Positions 29,167-39,220 of a stretch of DNA of 64,000 bases are shown here, piece after piece (within the stretch, counting starts at the first letter, position 1; every line of letters starts with the position of its first letter). The notes below the pieces were generated by a model. It saw only the letters and a list, made by a program, of their open reading frames with translations. It was not told the DNA's origin and made no database searches. The DNA comes from a virus. Location: the IMG/VR virus record IMGVR_UViG_3300031463_000001, positions 1 to 64,000 of that record. One strand, given 5' to 3'. Both the position numbers and the translations under genes were made by a program.

Positions 29167-29495
29167 ATAACGATTTACCTTTCCGGGACGATTATTTATT
29201 GTGTAAGTTTTTCAAAAAACCTCTTTCGGAAATTCGAAAATTAGATGATTTAGAGCGACTTTGGTTACTTCATCACATCTATCAAGATGAAAAAGAAAAG
29301 TATCATATTTTGGATACTTTAATGAAAGTTATTCGTCCTGAATTACTTAATACAGAAACAACAATTACTAAAGCGGATGATTCCTTATTATTGGAAGAAT
29401 TAAAGCAATATTATCCAGATAAGAGTGATGAAGAGTTACAACAATTGTTAAAGGAGAATGGGGAGGTTGATACTTTGATAGATAGGGTAGATTAA
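29163..29495 (+). CDS. Tail assembly chaperone frameshift extension (gpT-like)
   Basis: No SD or ATG of its own; in the -1 frame relative to 28840. Confidence 0.7.
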   Translation: MDNDLPFRDDYLLCKFFKKPLSEIRKLDDLERLWLLHHIYQDEKEKYHILDTLMKVIRPELLNTETTITKADDSLLLEELKQYYPDKSDEELQQLLKENGEVDTLIDRVD

Positions 29496-29500
29496 AAATT

Positions 29501-31078
29501 ATGAAAGAAGAAGATTTATTTAAAAAATTTGAAGAAATATCTAGTGCAGCTGAAGCTATTTTTAAAAGGTTAAGTGAAACCCATAAAACAGCTACAGAAG
29601 ATCAAATTGCTTTAGTTAAAAAGTTTACTGAAGCTGTTGAAAGCTATTCAAATAAGTATTCTGAAGTAGGTAAACATCTTGGTGAATTTCAAAAAAATTT
29701 AAGAGATTTTAGTGCTGCAAATAATATTAATATTAGTGGATTGGGAGATACTTTTAAAGCTTTAACTAATCGAATTGATGAATTGAATGTTGATAAAAAA
29801 ATTAGGGAATTATTAGATAAATTAGATGAAGGAACTAGTACTTGGAAAGAAAAAATAAAATCAATTCCAGAAAGTTTAGCAAGAGATTTTGGTGATCTTT
29901 TTAATTCAATAATAAATATAACCTATCAAATAAATAAATTTGGGACATCTATTGAAGCTTTAATTAGAACAGGAGCAGGAAAAGAATTAGCTGTTCCCCC
30001 AGAACATTTATATTATGCTGATGTAGCTAAATATGGTGAGTGGATGCTTGAGATTGCAAAAAAAGCTCCCTTATTACTTGAAGGAGTTTCAGCCTCAGGA
30101 AAGGAAGCTGAGAAAAATTTAGTTCATTTTAGAGAGGCTCTTGCTTATTATACCTTAAGTGGTGATGAAGCTAATAGAACGATAGTTCAAATTGCCTCTG
30201 GATTAACAAATTTAAGAGGAACATCAACAGCTTTTTATGAAAACTTTAATGACACACTTGGGAAACAAATGACTTTATATAGTGAAGTTTCTAAACTTTC
30301 TAGAGAATATAACTTAAACCAACTTGAAATGATTTCGACTTTAACTAGAGCAGCAACAAAATTTAAGGATGTTTCACAAAGTAATCGGGAACTAGAATAT
30401 ACTATGGCAATAACTGATATGGTTGCGAGTCAATTTAATTTAACTGCTACTCAGACTCAAGATTTATTTAGAAAATTAAGTGAAGGTTTATCTAATATAT
30501 CTATGACAAGCTATGGAGCTTTAACATATTTAGCTACCGGAGCACTTCCTACTACTGGAGTGGCTCAAACAGGAGGGGAAATTGCTAAAGAATTTGTGGT
30601 TGCCTTTCAAAGAATTTTACCCCAACTTCCAACTGGAGGAGCATATGGAGACTATATAAGTCAAGTAGCGGTTCAACAACTTGCAAGCACATTTGGGGTA
30701 AACTTAACTGCTCAACAAGCAGTTGAATTTGAGAAAGCATTAAGAAAGGGTGCTGTTGATGAAATAAGTCAAAGAATAAAGGATTTAAAGGAATCGGGAA
30801 TGGATGAATTAATTAAGAGCTCTAAAAAAGGTGTTGATGTTTTAGAATCACAAGTAGAACCTCTTAAACAAATTGCTAATATAATGCAGACAATAGTTGC
30901 ACCCGCATTAGGTGAGGTAACTGCAGCTTTACCTGGTTTAGTGGGTATACAATTACTATCTGGATTATTTCCTGCGGGTAAAACAGTTTCATTGATAAAA
31001 GGGGGTTTAGCAGTAGGAACAATGGTAGGCGGATACTTGTGGGGAAAAGCTGAGGAGGCGAGTAAGGTAGGAGGGTAA
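29501..31078 (+). CDS. Tape measure protein
   Basis: Helical, Ala/Leu-rich, follows the chaperones, hydrophobic Gly-rich C-terminus. Confidence 0.75.
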   Translation: MKEEDLFKKFEEISSAAEAIFKRLSETHKTATEDQIALVKKFTEAVESYSNKYSEVGKHLGEFQKNLRDFSAANNINISGLGDTFKALTNRIDELNVDKKIRELLDKLDEGTSTWKEKIKSIPESLARDFGDLFNSIINITYQINKFGTSIEALIRTGAGKELAVPPEHLYYADVAKYGEWMLEIAKKAPLLLEGVSASGKEAEKNLVHFREALAYYTLSGDEANRTIVQIASGLTNLRGTSTAFYENFNDTLGKQMTLYSEVSKLSREYNLNQLEMISTLTRAATKFKDVSQSNRELEYTMAITDMVASQFNLTATQTQDLFRKLSEGLSNISMTSYGALTYLATGALPTTGVAQTGGEIAKEFVVAFQRILPQLPTGGAYGDYISQVAVQQLASTFGVNLTAQQAVEFEKALRKGAVDEISQRIKDLKESGMDELIKSSKKGVDVLESQVEPLKQIANIMQTIVAPALGEVTAALPGLVGIQLLSGLFPAGKTVSLIKGGLAVGTMVGGYLWGKAEEASKVGG

Positions 31079-31081
31079 TCT

Positions 31082-31570
31082 ATGGCAAGTTTTTTTCCAG
31101 TAATAATTGAGGGAGTAAGATTTTTAGTTAATCCAACTTCTATCCGATTAAATACTACTGCAGTTACTCAAGAAGTCAATACTGTTTCGGGCCCAGTTTT
31201 ACAAGTATGGTATCCTAAATTTACTATTATGTATATAACAGGTTATGCTGGAGGAACTAGAGCTTATAGAGAATTAACTTATTTAAGAGATTTCTTTTTT
31301 GCTGAAAATAGAATAATTAAAGTATTTTATAAAACTAAACTTTATAGGGGTTCTTTTACTTATTTTGATTTATCTACTGAAACTGCGGAAAATTTAAGAT
31401 TTAAATATCAGTTAAATATGTTATTATTAGATAACGCAGATTTCAAATATCAAGATTTTGCTTTAGGAGTTTTTGTAAAACCATTCAACTTATTTGGATT
31501 AGAAAATTTGAAGAAGAAATTAAATTTGGGAGCAGATAAACTAGAATCTTTTTTAATGAGAAAAAAATGA
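31082..31570 (+). CDS. Putative tube-initiator/baseplate protein
   Basis: FLVNPTSI...T..G.V..VW...ITG...YRGSF..F pattern; follows the tape measure. Confidence 0.6.
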   Translation: MASFFPVIIEGVRFLVNPTSIRLNTTAVTQEVNTVSGPVLQVWYPKFTIMYITGYAGGTRAYRELTYLRDFFFAENRIIKVFYKTKLYRGSFTYFDLSTETAENLRFKYQLNMLLLDNADFKYQDFALGVFVKPFNLFGLENLKKKLNLGADKLESFLMRKK

Positions 31571-31576
31571 GGTTAA

Positions 31577-34033
31577 ATGATTGATTTTAAAAGTAATCAA
31601 AAGAAAATAATTCCTTCTTCTACAAAATTTTTATATCCTTCAGTTAGGATTTTTCTTTTTAAAGCTTTCCCTAAATTTGATCCTTATCCAGATTCCTCAG
31701 AAAAAATAGATAATAATAGATTAGCAGAATTAAGTAAAAGAAGGGATAATCTGATTAATCAAATAAATAAATTAGGTATTCAAGAAAAACCTTCTGAAGC
31801 TCGTCAACATGTGATTAATTCTTTCATTAATTTTGTTTCTTCTTTTAAAATAAATGGAGAGTTTGGAGAAGTCGAAGAGCGTTTTCCTTATAAAGAAGAT
31901 GAGACTAGTAAGGGTCTTTTAGCTTTAAAACTTCACAATTTTTTAGATGAAATAGATGAAAAGGCTAAATCAAGTGATTTCTTATCTTTAGACCCAAATG
32001 TCCTAAAGTTAGGTTTTCCAGAAAGAACTAATATTATTATAAGTATAGGAACTGATGTTTATTTTAAACAAAAAATAAAAGATTTTATTAATAAAACTAG
32101 TTTAGATTTTGAAGAACTAGGAATTATGTCAGGATATAAACAATTAATGTTTAATTATTTATTTGCCTCTCATTCTTCAATAGCAGAAAAAATAAATGAA
32201 GAAGCTAAAAGTGAAAAAAATATAACTTTTACAGGTTATGAAGAATTTGTAGATTTTTTAGTTGAACTTTTTTATTATTTTAATTCAAAGGTAGCTTTTT
32301 ATAGATATGGAGATTTGCAAAAACAATTAGAAGATATTAACAACCAAATTAAAAATTATCAGTCATTTGAAAAAATTGATAAATATTATCTTACTCTAAA
32401 AAAAGAAAATGTTTTAAAATTAGATATAACTCCTTTTTTTATGAATTGCACAAGTACATCTAATATAGATAATGTTTATGCAACTTGTAGTGTAACTTTG
32501 TTAGATAGTACTTTAGAGGATAAATTTGAAGATTTAAAACAACCTGTAGCGGGAAATATTCCATTTAGATTAGTAGAAGGTACAAATTCATCAAAAGATG
32601 TATATAACTATTTAAAAGAGGATGCTCAAAATGATTTACAATCTTTAATATTTGATAATTTACATTTAGCTGATTTAATTCAACCTAATGATTTTATTGT
32701 TATATATGCTCGAAATTCTAGTATTCCTTTAAGTGAAGTAGCTAAAGGAAGAGAGATTTCTTTAGATGATAAAAAATTAAGTTTTTTTCCATATCTTGAT
32801 CTTTTAGGTTATAGAAAAATATTTGCAGGATTTGTAACCGAAAATAAATTTAATGAAGCTGCAGGAACTATTCCAACTATAACGTTAACGTGTAAAAGTT
32901 CTTTATATCTTTTAGAAGAAACTTTACGTATATTTACTCCTGGATTATTTCAAAAAGCGTTTTATAGCACTTTAGAGGTAGGAAATGATACCAATCTTTA
33001 TACAGCATTAAATAATTTATTTGCTAATTATAATGTAAGAGATGCAGTGTTAACTTTATTAACATTAAATTTAGGTTTAAAAATTAAAGGTATAATATCA
33101 GAAACACAAATAATAACAGAAAAAGGATATAATTTTAAAGAATATGATAAAACTCCTCCAAATGAACTTTTAAATCCTTTAACAGTTCCTATCTTTTTAA
33201 TGCATATAGCATTTAAGGAGATGTATGATGAAGACGAATTTCCATTAAAACTTAAAATATTTGCAGGAGGAGACATTTTAGACAAATTACAAGGATTTCT
33301 AATTCATATACAAAATAGTTTTAAGGACTTTAGTCCTACTTTAAAAACTCCTATGGATATTATAAAAGAAATGAGTCGAATAGCTTTTTTTGAATTTTTT
33401 GAAGATGCTGAAAGAGGTATTTTATTTAGACCTTTAAGTTATGATGCTGGAGTAGGGGAAGAAGATTATTATACTTTATTAGATACTTCTAATGTGATAA
33501 ACTTTAATCGTTCTCACACTATTAATCAAATTTTTACTAGGGTAACAACTTCTTTTTATATGAATATATTACAACAGTTATTACCCTTTTTAAAATATCC
33601 ATATACTAATGGAAAATTACTATTAAAATATGGTTTAAGAGACGGGGGAGATATTGCTAATCCAAATATAAGATTTGGAAAAACCGATTTAGAATTGTCT
33701 GAAAAATATCATCAATTTGCATTGTTTTATTTAACTCAACATAATTATTCAAAACAAATAGGTAATATAACTTTTATTTTTAATAGTGATTTAAAAGAAT
33801 ATGAAAGAGCTAATATAGGAATGCCAATAGAAATATATTATGGTGTAGAAGGAACTTCATTTGTGGGATATGTTACTTCAAAAACAGTTACTTTAGCTGC
33901 TGGGGGAACTTTAACTGAAAGCTATACTGTATCCTATTTAAGAGCTTCTGGGGTTACATTACCTAATTATCTTGAATTTTTTGAAAATATGCCTACTGAA
34001 GGATTATTATTAAATCCAAAACTTTGGGGTTAA
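31577..34033 (+). CDS. Putative baseplate hub protein
   Basis: IQPNDFIVIY, IFAGFVT, FEFFED..G.LFRP, KYGLR; position before the spike. Confidence 0.65.
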   Translation: MIDFKSNQKKIIPSSTKFLYPSVRIFLFKAFPKFDPYPDSSEKIDNNRLAELSKRRDNLINQINKLGIQEKPSEARQHVINSFINFVSSFKINGEFGEVEERFPYKEDETSKGLLALKLHNFLDEIDEKAKSSDFLSLDPNVLKLGFPERTNIIISIGTDVYFKQKIKDFINKTSLDFEELGIMSGYKQLMFNYLFASHSSIAEKINEEAKSEKNITFTGYEEFVDFLVELFYYFNSKVAFYRYGDLQKQLEDINNQIKNYQSFEKIDKYYLTLKKENVLKLDITPFFMNCTSTSNIDNVYATCSVTLLDSTLEDKFEDLKQPVAGNIPFRLVEGTNSSKDVYNYLKEDAQNDLQSLIFDNLHLADLIQPNDFIVIYARNSSIPLSEVAKGREISLDDKKLSFFPYLDLLGYRKIFAGFVTENKFNEAAGTIPTITLTCKSSLYLLEETLRIFTPGLFQKAFYSTLEVGNDTNLYTALNNLFANYNVRDAVLTLLTLNLGLKIKGIISETQIITEKGYNFKEYDKTPPNELLNPLTVPIFLMHIAFKEMYDEDEFPLKLKIFAGGDILDKLQGFLIHIQNSFKDFSPTLKTPMDIIKEMSRIAFFEFFEDAERGILFRPLSYDAGVGEEDYYTLLDTSNVINFNRSHTINQIFTRVTTSFYMNILQQLLPFLKYPYTNGKLLLKYGLRDGGDIANPNIRFGKTDLELSEKYHQFALFYLTQHNYSKQIGNITFIFNSDLKEYERANIGMPIEIYYGVEGTSFVGYVTSKTVTLAAGGTLTESYTVSYLRASGVTLPNYLEFFENMPTEGLLLNPKLWG

Positions 34034-34909
34034 ATGATAAAACTAGCTCAAATAATAGACGTTGTTCCACCTGATCCTTCATCTACTAATGAAAATCTTC
34101 AATTAAGAGTTCGTATTATTCCTACTGATGAATTCACTGTAGTAAATTATCCTCTTACTAAATCTTCGAAATATCCTTCTACGGATTCAATTATTTTAAT
34201 ATATCAACCAAATGACTATCTTAGTTATTATGTAACCACATTAAGAGAAAATGATGTCGAAATAGGAGATTTAGAATTATTTGATACTACTACGTTAAAT
34301 GGTAAAAATTTATTGGAAGAGGATGAATATGCATGGAGAGTAGGAAACAAAACAACTAATACTTCTACTTTAATATTAAAAAAAGCTTTTATTGATGCAT
34401 CAGTTTCCACAAGTTTAGGAAAATCAAAATTTAATCTAGGAGCTACTCAAACTTTAATAGACTCACGTTTAATTACTTTAAAAGGACAAGCTTTAATTGG
34501 AAATTTTCTAGAAATGCCTTTATCTACTTCAACTTTCCAAAATTCAACTGGGGGAGTAAATTTTTCGTATACTTATGGAACTAACCTTGTAAAGTGTGAT
34601 TTTAATATAGATAAAAGTGGAGTAAATATTAAGGTAAATACTCCATTAGGTAGTGGAAACATTAATTTGAAAACAGATGGGTGTGAAGTAACTTTTAATA
34701 ATTCAAAAATAACTATAAATAGATTAGGAGAGGTTACTATAGATGCACAATCGATTAAGATGGGTAAAAATGTGAAAAAATTATTAACTGAAGATTTTGT
34801 GGATAAGTTTAATAATCATACTCATCCTTCTTCAAGTGGACCAACAAGTCCACCAACTACCCCAATTGTATTTGCAGAAGTAACTACCCAAATAACACAA
34901 GCTGGTTAA
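34034..34909 (+). CDS. Baseplate central spike (gpV-like)
   Basis: OB-like N-terminus, beta repeats, terminal FNNHTH metal-binding motif and GPTSPP. Confidence 0.8.
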   Translation: MIKLAQIIDVVPPDPSSTNENLQLRVRIIPTDEFTVVNYPLTKSSKYPSTDSIILIYQPNDYLSYYVTTLRENDVEIGDLELFDTTTLNGKNLLEEDEYAWRVGNKTTNTSTLILKKAFIDASVSTSLGKSKFNLGATQTLIDSRLITLKGQALIGNFLEMPLSTSTFQNSTGGVNFSYTYGTNLVKCDFNIDKSGVNIKVNTPLGSGNINLKTDGCEVTFNNSKITINRLGEVTIDAQSIKMGKNVKKLLTEDFVDKFNNHTHPSSSGPTSPPTTPIVFAEVTTQITQAG

Positions 34910-34912
34910 AAT

Positions 34913-35434
34913 ATGTATTTAACAAGATTAATATTAAAAAAAGATTTATCACTAGAGGCTCAAAAGTGGGGAATATCTAATTTAATGTGTATATTAGAAG
35001 CTATAATAAATGAACCCGAAGTTTCAGCTTTATTACTTTCTTATCTTGAAATACTTGAATCAGCTTTACAAGCCCAAATTGCTTCTTTAACATATTTGAT
35101 TGCTTCGTCCTCTGAAGCTTTTATAAATGTATTTCAAACAGTTTTTGGATCTTTAAAAAGTGATGTTGAAATGTTAAAAGGAGAAATAGATAATGTTGTT
35201 AATCCTTTAAAGAATAATGCCTATTTAAATAACAAATGTGGAAAAACAGTTGTTTTTCAAATTCTTAAATGGGCTGATGATTCATTAAATACTTTATCAG
35301 CTAGTATGGATAATGCTCAATTCTTAACTTCTAAAGCTAACCTAACAGTAGAGAATAATCTAGCTAAACTAAATGATTTACAAGAAAAGTTAAAATTTGT
35401 TCAAAAACTAAAGGAGTATATAAAGGATCCATGA
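34913..35434 (+). CDS. Hypothetical helical baseplate-region protein
   Basis: ORF inside the baseplate operon. Confidence 0.65.
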   Translation: MYLTRLILKKDLSLEAQKWGISNLMCILEAIINEPEVSALLLSYLEILESALQAQIASLTYLIASSSEAFINVFQTVFGSLKSDVEMLKGEIDNVVNPLKNNAYLNNKCGKTVVFQILKWADDSLNTLSASMDNAQFLTSKANLTVENNLAKLNDLQEKLKFVQKLKEYIKDP

Positions 35435-35865
35435 TAGATTTAATGTGTAAAACTAAAGTAGGTGATTCTTTTGAATTTTCTACTAATAATGATCTTCAAA
35501 TTGATCCTTTTAATGGTGATTTAATAATGGTTAATGGTAAAGATTTATTGGCTCAACTTATTGCAAAAATGTTTTTAACCGAAAAAAATGAAAATCTTTT
35601 GAATCCTGATTTAGGATCAACCATTTTTGATATAAATGTACAACTAGAAAATTCAGCCTATTTAGAGGCTTTATTAGAGGATGAAATAGTTAGAGTTCTA
35701 GCTTTAGTTTATATGATTACTAAAGATTCAGATAACAAAGACGAGATAATTAGTAGAGTTGATTCTTTTGAAATAACTGATGTTACTTCTAATTCATTTA
35801 AGTTAAATTTAAATATAATAAATCAAACTAATCAACTAGTTCAAATTCCTATAAGTGAGGAATAA
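35431..35865 (+). CDS. Baseplate wedge protein (gp25/W-like)
   Basis: GDL..V.G.D.L.Q.I.K..LTEK.EN..NPDLGS pattern. Confidence 0.75.
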   Translation: MIDLMCKTKVGDSFEFSTNNDLQIDPFNGDLIMVNGKDLLAQLIAKMFLTEKNENLLNPDLGSTIFDINVQLENSAYLEALLEDEIVRVLALVYMITKDSDNKDEIISRVDSFEITDVTSNSFKLNLNIINQTNQLVQIPISEE

Positions 35866-35866
35866 A

Positions 35867-37246
35867 ATGAAAAGTTTAAATGAAATAATAGATAGTTTAA
35901 AAAATGCTATAAAGAGTAAAAATTCTCAATTTAATGTTAATGAGGGTACAATTATTAATGATATTTTAATTAATGTACCCGCCCAAGAAATAAATGACCT
36001 TTATACTGAGTTAGGTAACGTTTCCAATAAAGTACTTTTAAATAATTTAACAAGTGATGAATTAGATAGTTTAGGTTCTTCATTATTTATACCCCGAAGA
36101 GTTGCTCTTCCTTCAAAAGGTAAAATAATATTTAGAGCCTTAAATGTTACTCCGTCTATCAATATACCTAAAGGAACTTTAGTGGGTACTTCATCTTTTT
36201 CGATTTACAAAAATATTTCATTTACTCTAGATTCAGATATTACAATGGATTCAACAAATAGTAGATTTGTGGGAGGATATTATGAAGGTGAAGGATTTGC
36301 TACATGTACCTCTAGTGGAACTAGTGGAAATATTCCAGCTAATACAATTTCTTTAATAGTTTCAACCTTAGATAGTAGAGTGGTAGGAGTTTATAATCCA
36401 GAAAGTTTTAGTGGAGGAGCAGATTTGGAATCTGATAATGATTATTTAAATAGAATACTTCTTTTGTTAAGAAGTGGTTCTTCAATAGGTACACTATCAT
36501 ATTTAAAGTATTTAATTGAAAGTCATCCTTCAGCTAGAGTTCTAGATTATCATGTTTATTTACCTAATGATCCCAAATTGAAAAGAAATCCATATGGTGA
36601 TTCGATAGATGTATATGTTATTAGTAAATTGGAAAGTCAGGTTACTGAAACTCTTTCAACTGATGATTATAACCATTTAATTCCTTCTCATAAACCAGTT
36701 TTTTCTTTATCTACTAGTGGAATTACTTTTGTATCCGATTGGGATTCAGATTTTGCTAGATCTTCTAAATCGTTAGATCATTTTGAAACATCCTCAAGTG
36801 GAAGTTTTGAAGTAACATATACTTATAACAAAAATATAGAAGATTTACAAAATTGGATTGATGATCCAGATCATAAACCTTTAACATTGGATGTATTGAT
36901 AAAAGAAGCTAAAATTAAAGATGTAAAAGTTGTAGTTTGGATAATTAGAAAAGGGGGTTATGATACTGATACATTAAGAACTAATGTTTTAACAAGTTTA
37001 AAAAATTTTATTAACTCTAATAAATTAAATCAAAATATTTATTTATCAGATATAGTAGGAGTAATTGAAGGAGTTGATGGAGTAGATTATATAGATACAG
37101 ATGTAAATGGAGAATTGAGAATATCCCTTTATTCTAAATATGAAAAAGATACTGGTTATCCAGCTCAGGCTCAACCTGTTCTTACTACTAATGAAATTGA
37201 ATATTTTATGCTTGATGAATCAAATTCTGAAATTAATATAAGCTAA
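35867..37246 (+). CDS. Baseplate J-like protein
   Basis: IPKGTLV, GTSGNIPANTI, V.NPESFSGGADLESDNDY..RI, VIEGVDGVDYI. Confidence 0.9.
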   Translation: MKSLNEIIDSLKNAIKSKNSQFNVNEGTIINDILINVPAQEINDLYTELGNVSNKVLLNNLTSDELDSLGSSLFIPRRVALPSKGKIIFRALNVTPSINIPKGTLVGTSSFSIYKNISFTLDSDITMDSTNSRFVGGYYEGEGFATCTSSGTSGNIPANTISLIVSTLDSRVVGVYNPESFSGGADLESDNDYLNRILLLLRSGSSIGTLSYLKYLIESHPSARVLDYHVYLPNDPKLKRNPYGDSIDVYVISKLESQVTETLSTDDYNHLIPSHKPVFSLSTSGITFVSDWDSDFARSSKSLDHFETSSSGSFEVTYTYNKNIEDLQNWIDDPDHKPLTLDVLIKEAKIKDVKVVVWIIRKGGYDTDTLRTNVLTSLKNFINSNKLNQNIYLSDIVGVIEGVDGVDYIDTDVNGELRISLYSKYEKDTGYPAQAQPVLTTNEIEYFMLDESNSEINIS

Positions 37247-37249
37247 ATT

Positions 37250-39205
37250 ATGAAAATATATTTTAGTTATTTAAAGGATGTTGATTTTGATAAAGTTAAT
37301 GGTTGGACTAGTAATTTGGGTAAACTTATTTTATTTTGGAATATTGTTCCATGTAATAGTAATTTAACTGATTTAAGAATAGAGATAAGTGATGACATTA
37401 CTTTTAAACAGTTTGATTCGATTCCTATTGATATAAATGATTGGAATAATAGGGTGGGATTAAGTTATTCTTATAAAATAGATTATTCAGATTGGAAAAA
37501 TTCAACTAAATTTTTTAGGATATCAGCTAATAATACTTATTCAGATATTTTAAAAATTCAATTTAATGAACCCATAAATTTGTTAACTGTTACAGATTTA
37601 TTAAATATTCTTCCAGGTAATCGTTATTATAATAAAGAACTAGATTCTAATATAGGCCTTTTTTATGATGCATATACTAGTGAATTTAATGATGTAAGGA
37701 TTGAAACTAATTTATTTAAGAATAAGTTTTTGTATGGATTTTGGGATTTAACTAAGTTAAATTTAACTAATTTAAATTCATATGATATATTATTGTTGAA
37801 TCATTATCTATATATAAATAGGAATAAATTGGGTAGTGTAAATGCTTTAAAAGAATTTGGACATTTTTTGACTGGAATGGATGCTACCTATAAATTTAAA
37901 AAAGATGAACCATATATAATTATTGGAGATAATTCACATATTTATTATAGGTTAGATGAGGGAATAGAAGGAACTAATCCTCTATTAAATCCTCCATTAG
38001 AGAGTACTAATAGTTTAAGACGAAGTATTTATGTAATATTTAATGACCCAAAAAACATACTAGCTAATTTAAATGATATTAAAGATTCTCTTATAAATTT
38101 ATTACAAGATGTAGTAGGATGTGCTTTTTATTTTCAATTAAAAGTTGTAGTTTCAAGTGGATATACATTATGGAAAAATATTAATAATTGTAAAAGAAAA
38201 TTGATTGGACTTTCATTTAAGACTAATGATTTATTTTATCAATATATTGATCCCACTTCAAATCAACCCAATACTTTAGTAAAGTATAATTTAGATGATA
38301 ATACTTATCAAATTATTACTTCTTCTATTATTGATTTTGGAGAAGCTAATTGGTTTACTGAAGATAATATAAATTATTATTTTTCTAATATTAATCCTAA
38401 TGCTGAACCTTATATCAATTTTACTTTTAACCTTGCTTTTAATAAAACAACTAAAATATTTTCAAGTCAGGAAGTTGCAAGTGTAAAAAATTTTAAAGTT
38501 TTTCCTATTGCTACTCTAGATGATATCTCTACTGTTTATTATTCTACAACATGGGTTAATCCATCCACCCTTGAATCCTCCCTTTCAAAAGATTCTAATG
38601 AATTATTTTTTGGTCAACTTGATCCCGATTATTCAAATAATTCAATATCATTTCAAGATCGATTTAATGATTTAGGTATATATGTATGTTCAGATATTGA
38701 CAATATAAGATATTATCGAATTTATCAAGTATTTTTACCTAATCTTATTGGTTCACTTTGGATGGATTTAGCAGGTAGTGTATCTTCTAATAATGGAATT
38801 TATGTTAAATTAGCTTATGGGAAACTTTTTATGGTTGTAAGTCAAAATTCAACAGATAGTATAGAAGTATATGATTTTAATACTAAACAATTAATAAATT
38901 CAATAGATATTAATGGTTATACTTCATTTCATAATAGAAAAGTTATTTCAGATACGGATACAGTAGGTTCTAAATATTTATTATTCGGAGATACAACTAA
39001 ACCTAGAGTAATGTTTGTTAATATGCAAACGCTTGAAGTTATTTATAAAGATTATACTAATCAAATACCTTATCAAAATTATCCATTTAGCAGAATAAGT
39101 TATTCATATGTAAAAAATAATTTAGTAATCTTTTTAGATAAAACAGATTTAGCTGATTCAGGCGACATAAAATGTTGGTTTATTCGAAATATGAACATAG
39201 AGTAA
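37250..39205 (+). CDS. Baseplate wedge/tail protein with a beta-rich C-terminus
   Basis: Follows J; central LGSVNALKEFGHFLTG resembles gpI-type motifs. Confidence 0.55.
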   Translation: MKIYFSYLKDVDFDKVNGWTSNLGKLILFWNIVPCNSNLTDLRIEISDDITFKQFDSIPIDINDWNNRVGLSYSYKIDYSDWKNSTKFFRISANNTYSDILKIQFNEPINLLTVTDLLNILPGNRYYNKELDSNIGLFYDAYTSEFNDVRIETNLFKNKFLYGFWDLTKLNLTNLNSYDILLLNHYLYINRNKLGSVNALKEFGHFLTGMDATYKFKKDEPYIIIGDNSHIYYRLDEGIEGTNPLLNPPLESTNSLRRSIYVIFNDPKNILANLNDIKDSLINLLQDVVGCAFYFQLKVVVSSGYTLWKNINNCKRKLIGLSFKTNDLFYQYIDPTSNQPNTLVKYNLDDNTYQIITSSIIDFGEANWFTEDNINYYFSNINPNAEPYINFTFNLAFNKTTKIFSSQEVASVKNFKVFPIATLDDISTVYYSTTWVNPSTLESSLSKDSNELFFGQLDPDYSNNSISFQDRFNDLGIYVCSDIDNIRYYRIYQVFLPNLIGSLWMDLAGSVSSNNGIYVKLAYGKLFMVVSQNSTDSIEVYDFNTKQLINSIDINGYTSFHNRKVISDTDTVGSKYLLFGDTTKPRVMFVNMQTLEVIYKDYTNQIPYQNYPFSRISYSYVKNNLVIFLDKTDLADSGDIKCWFIRNMNIE

Positions 39206-39220
39206 TTAATAGGAGTTATA

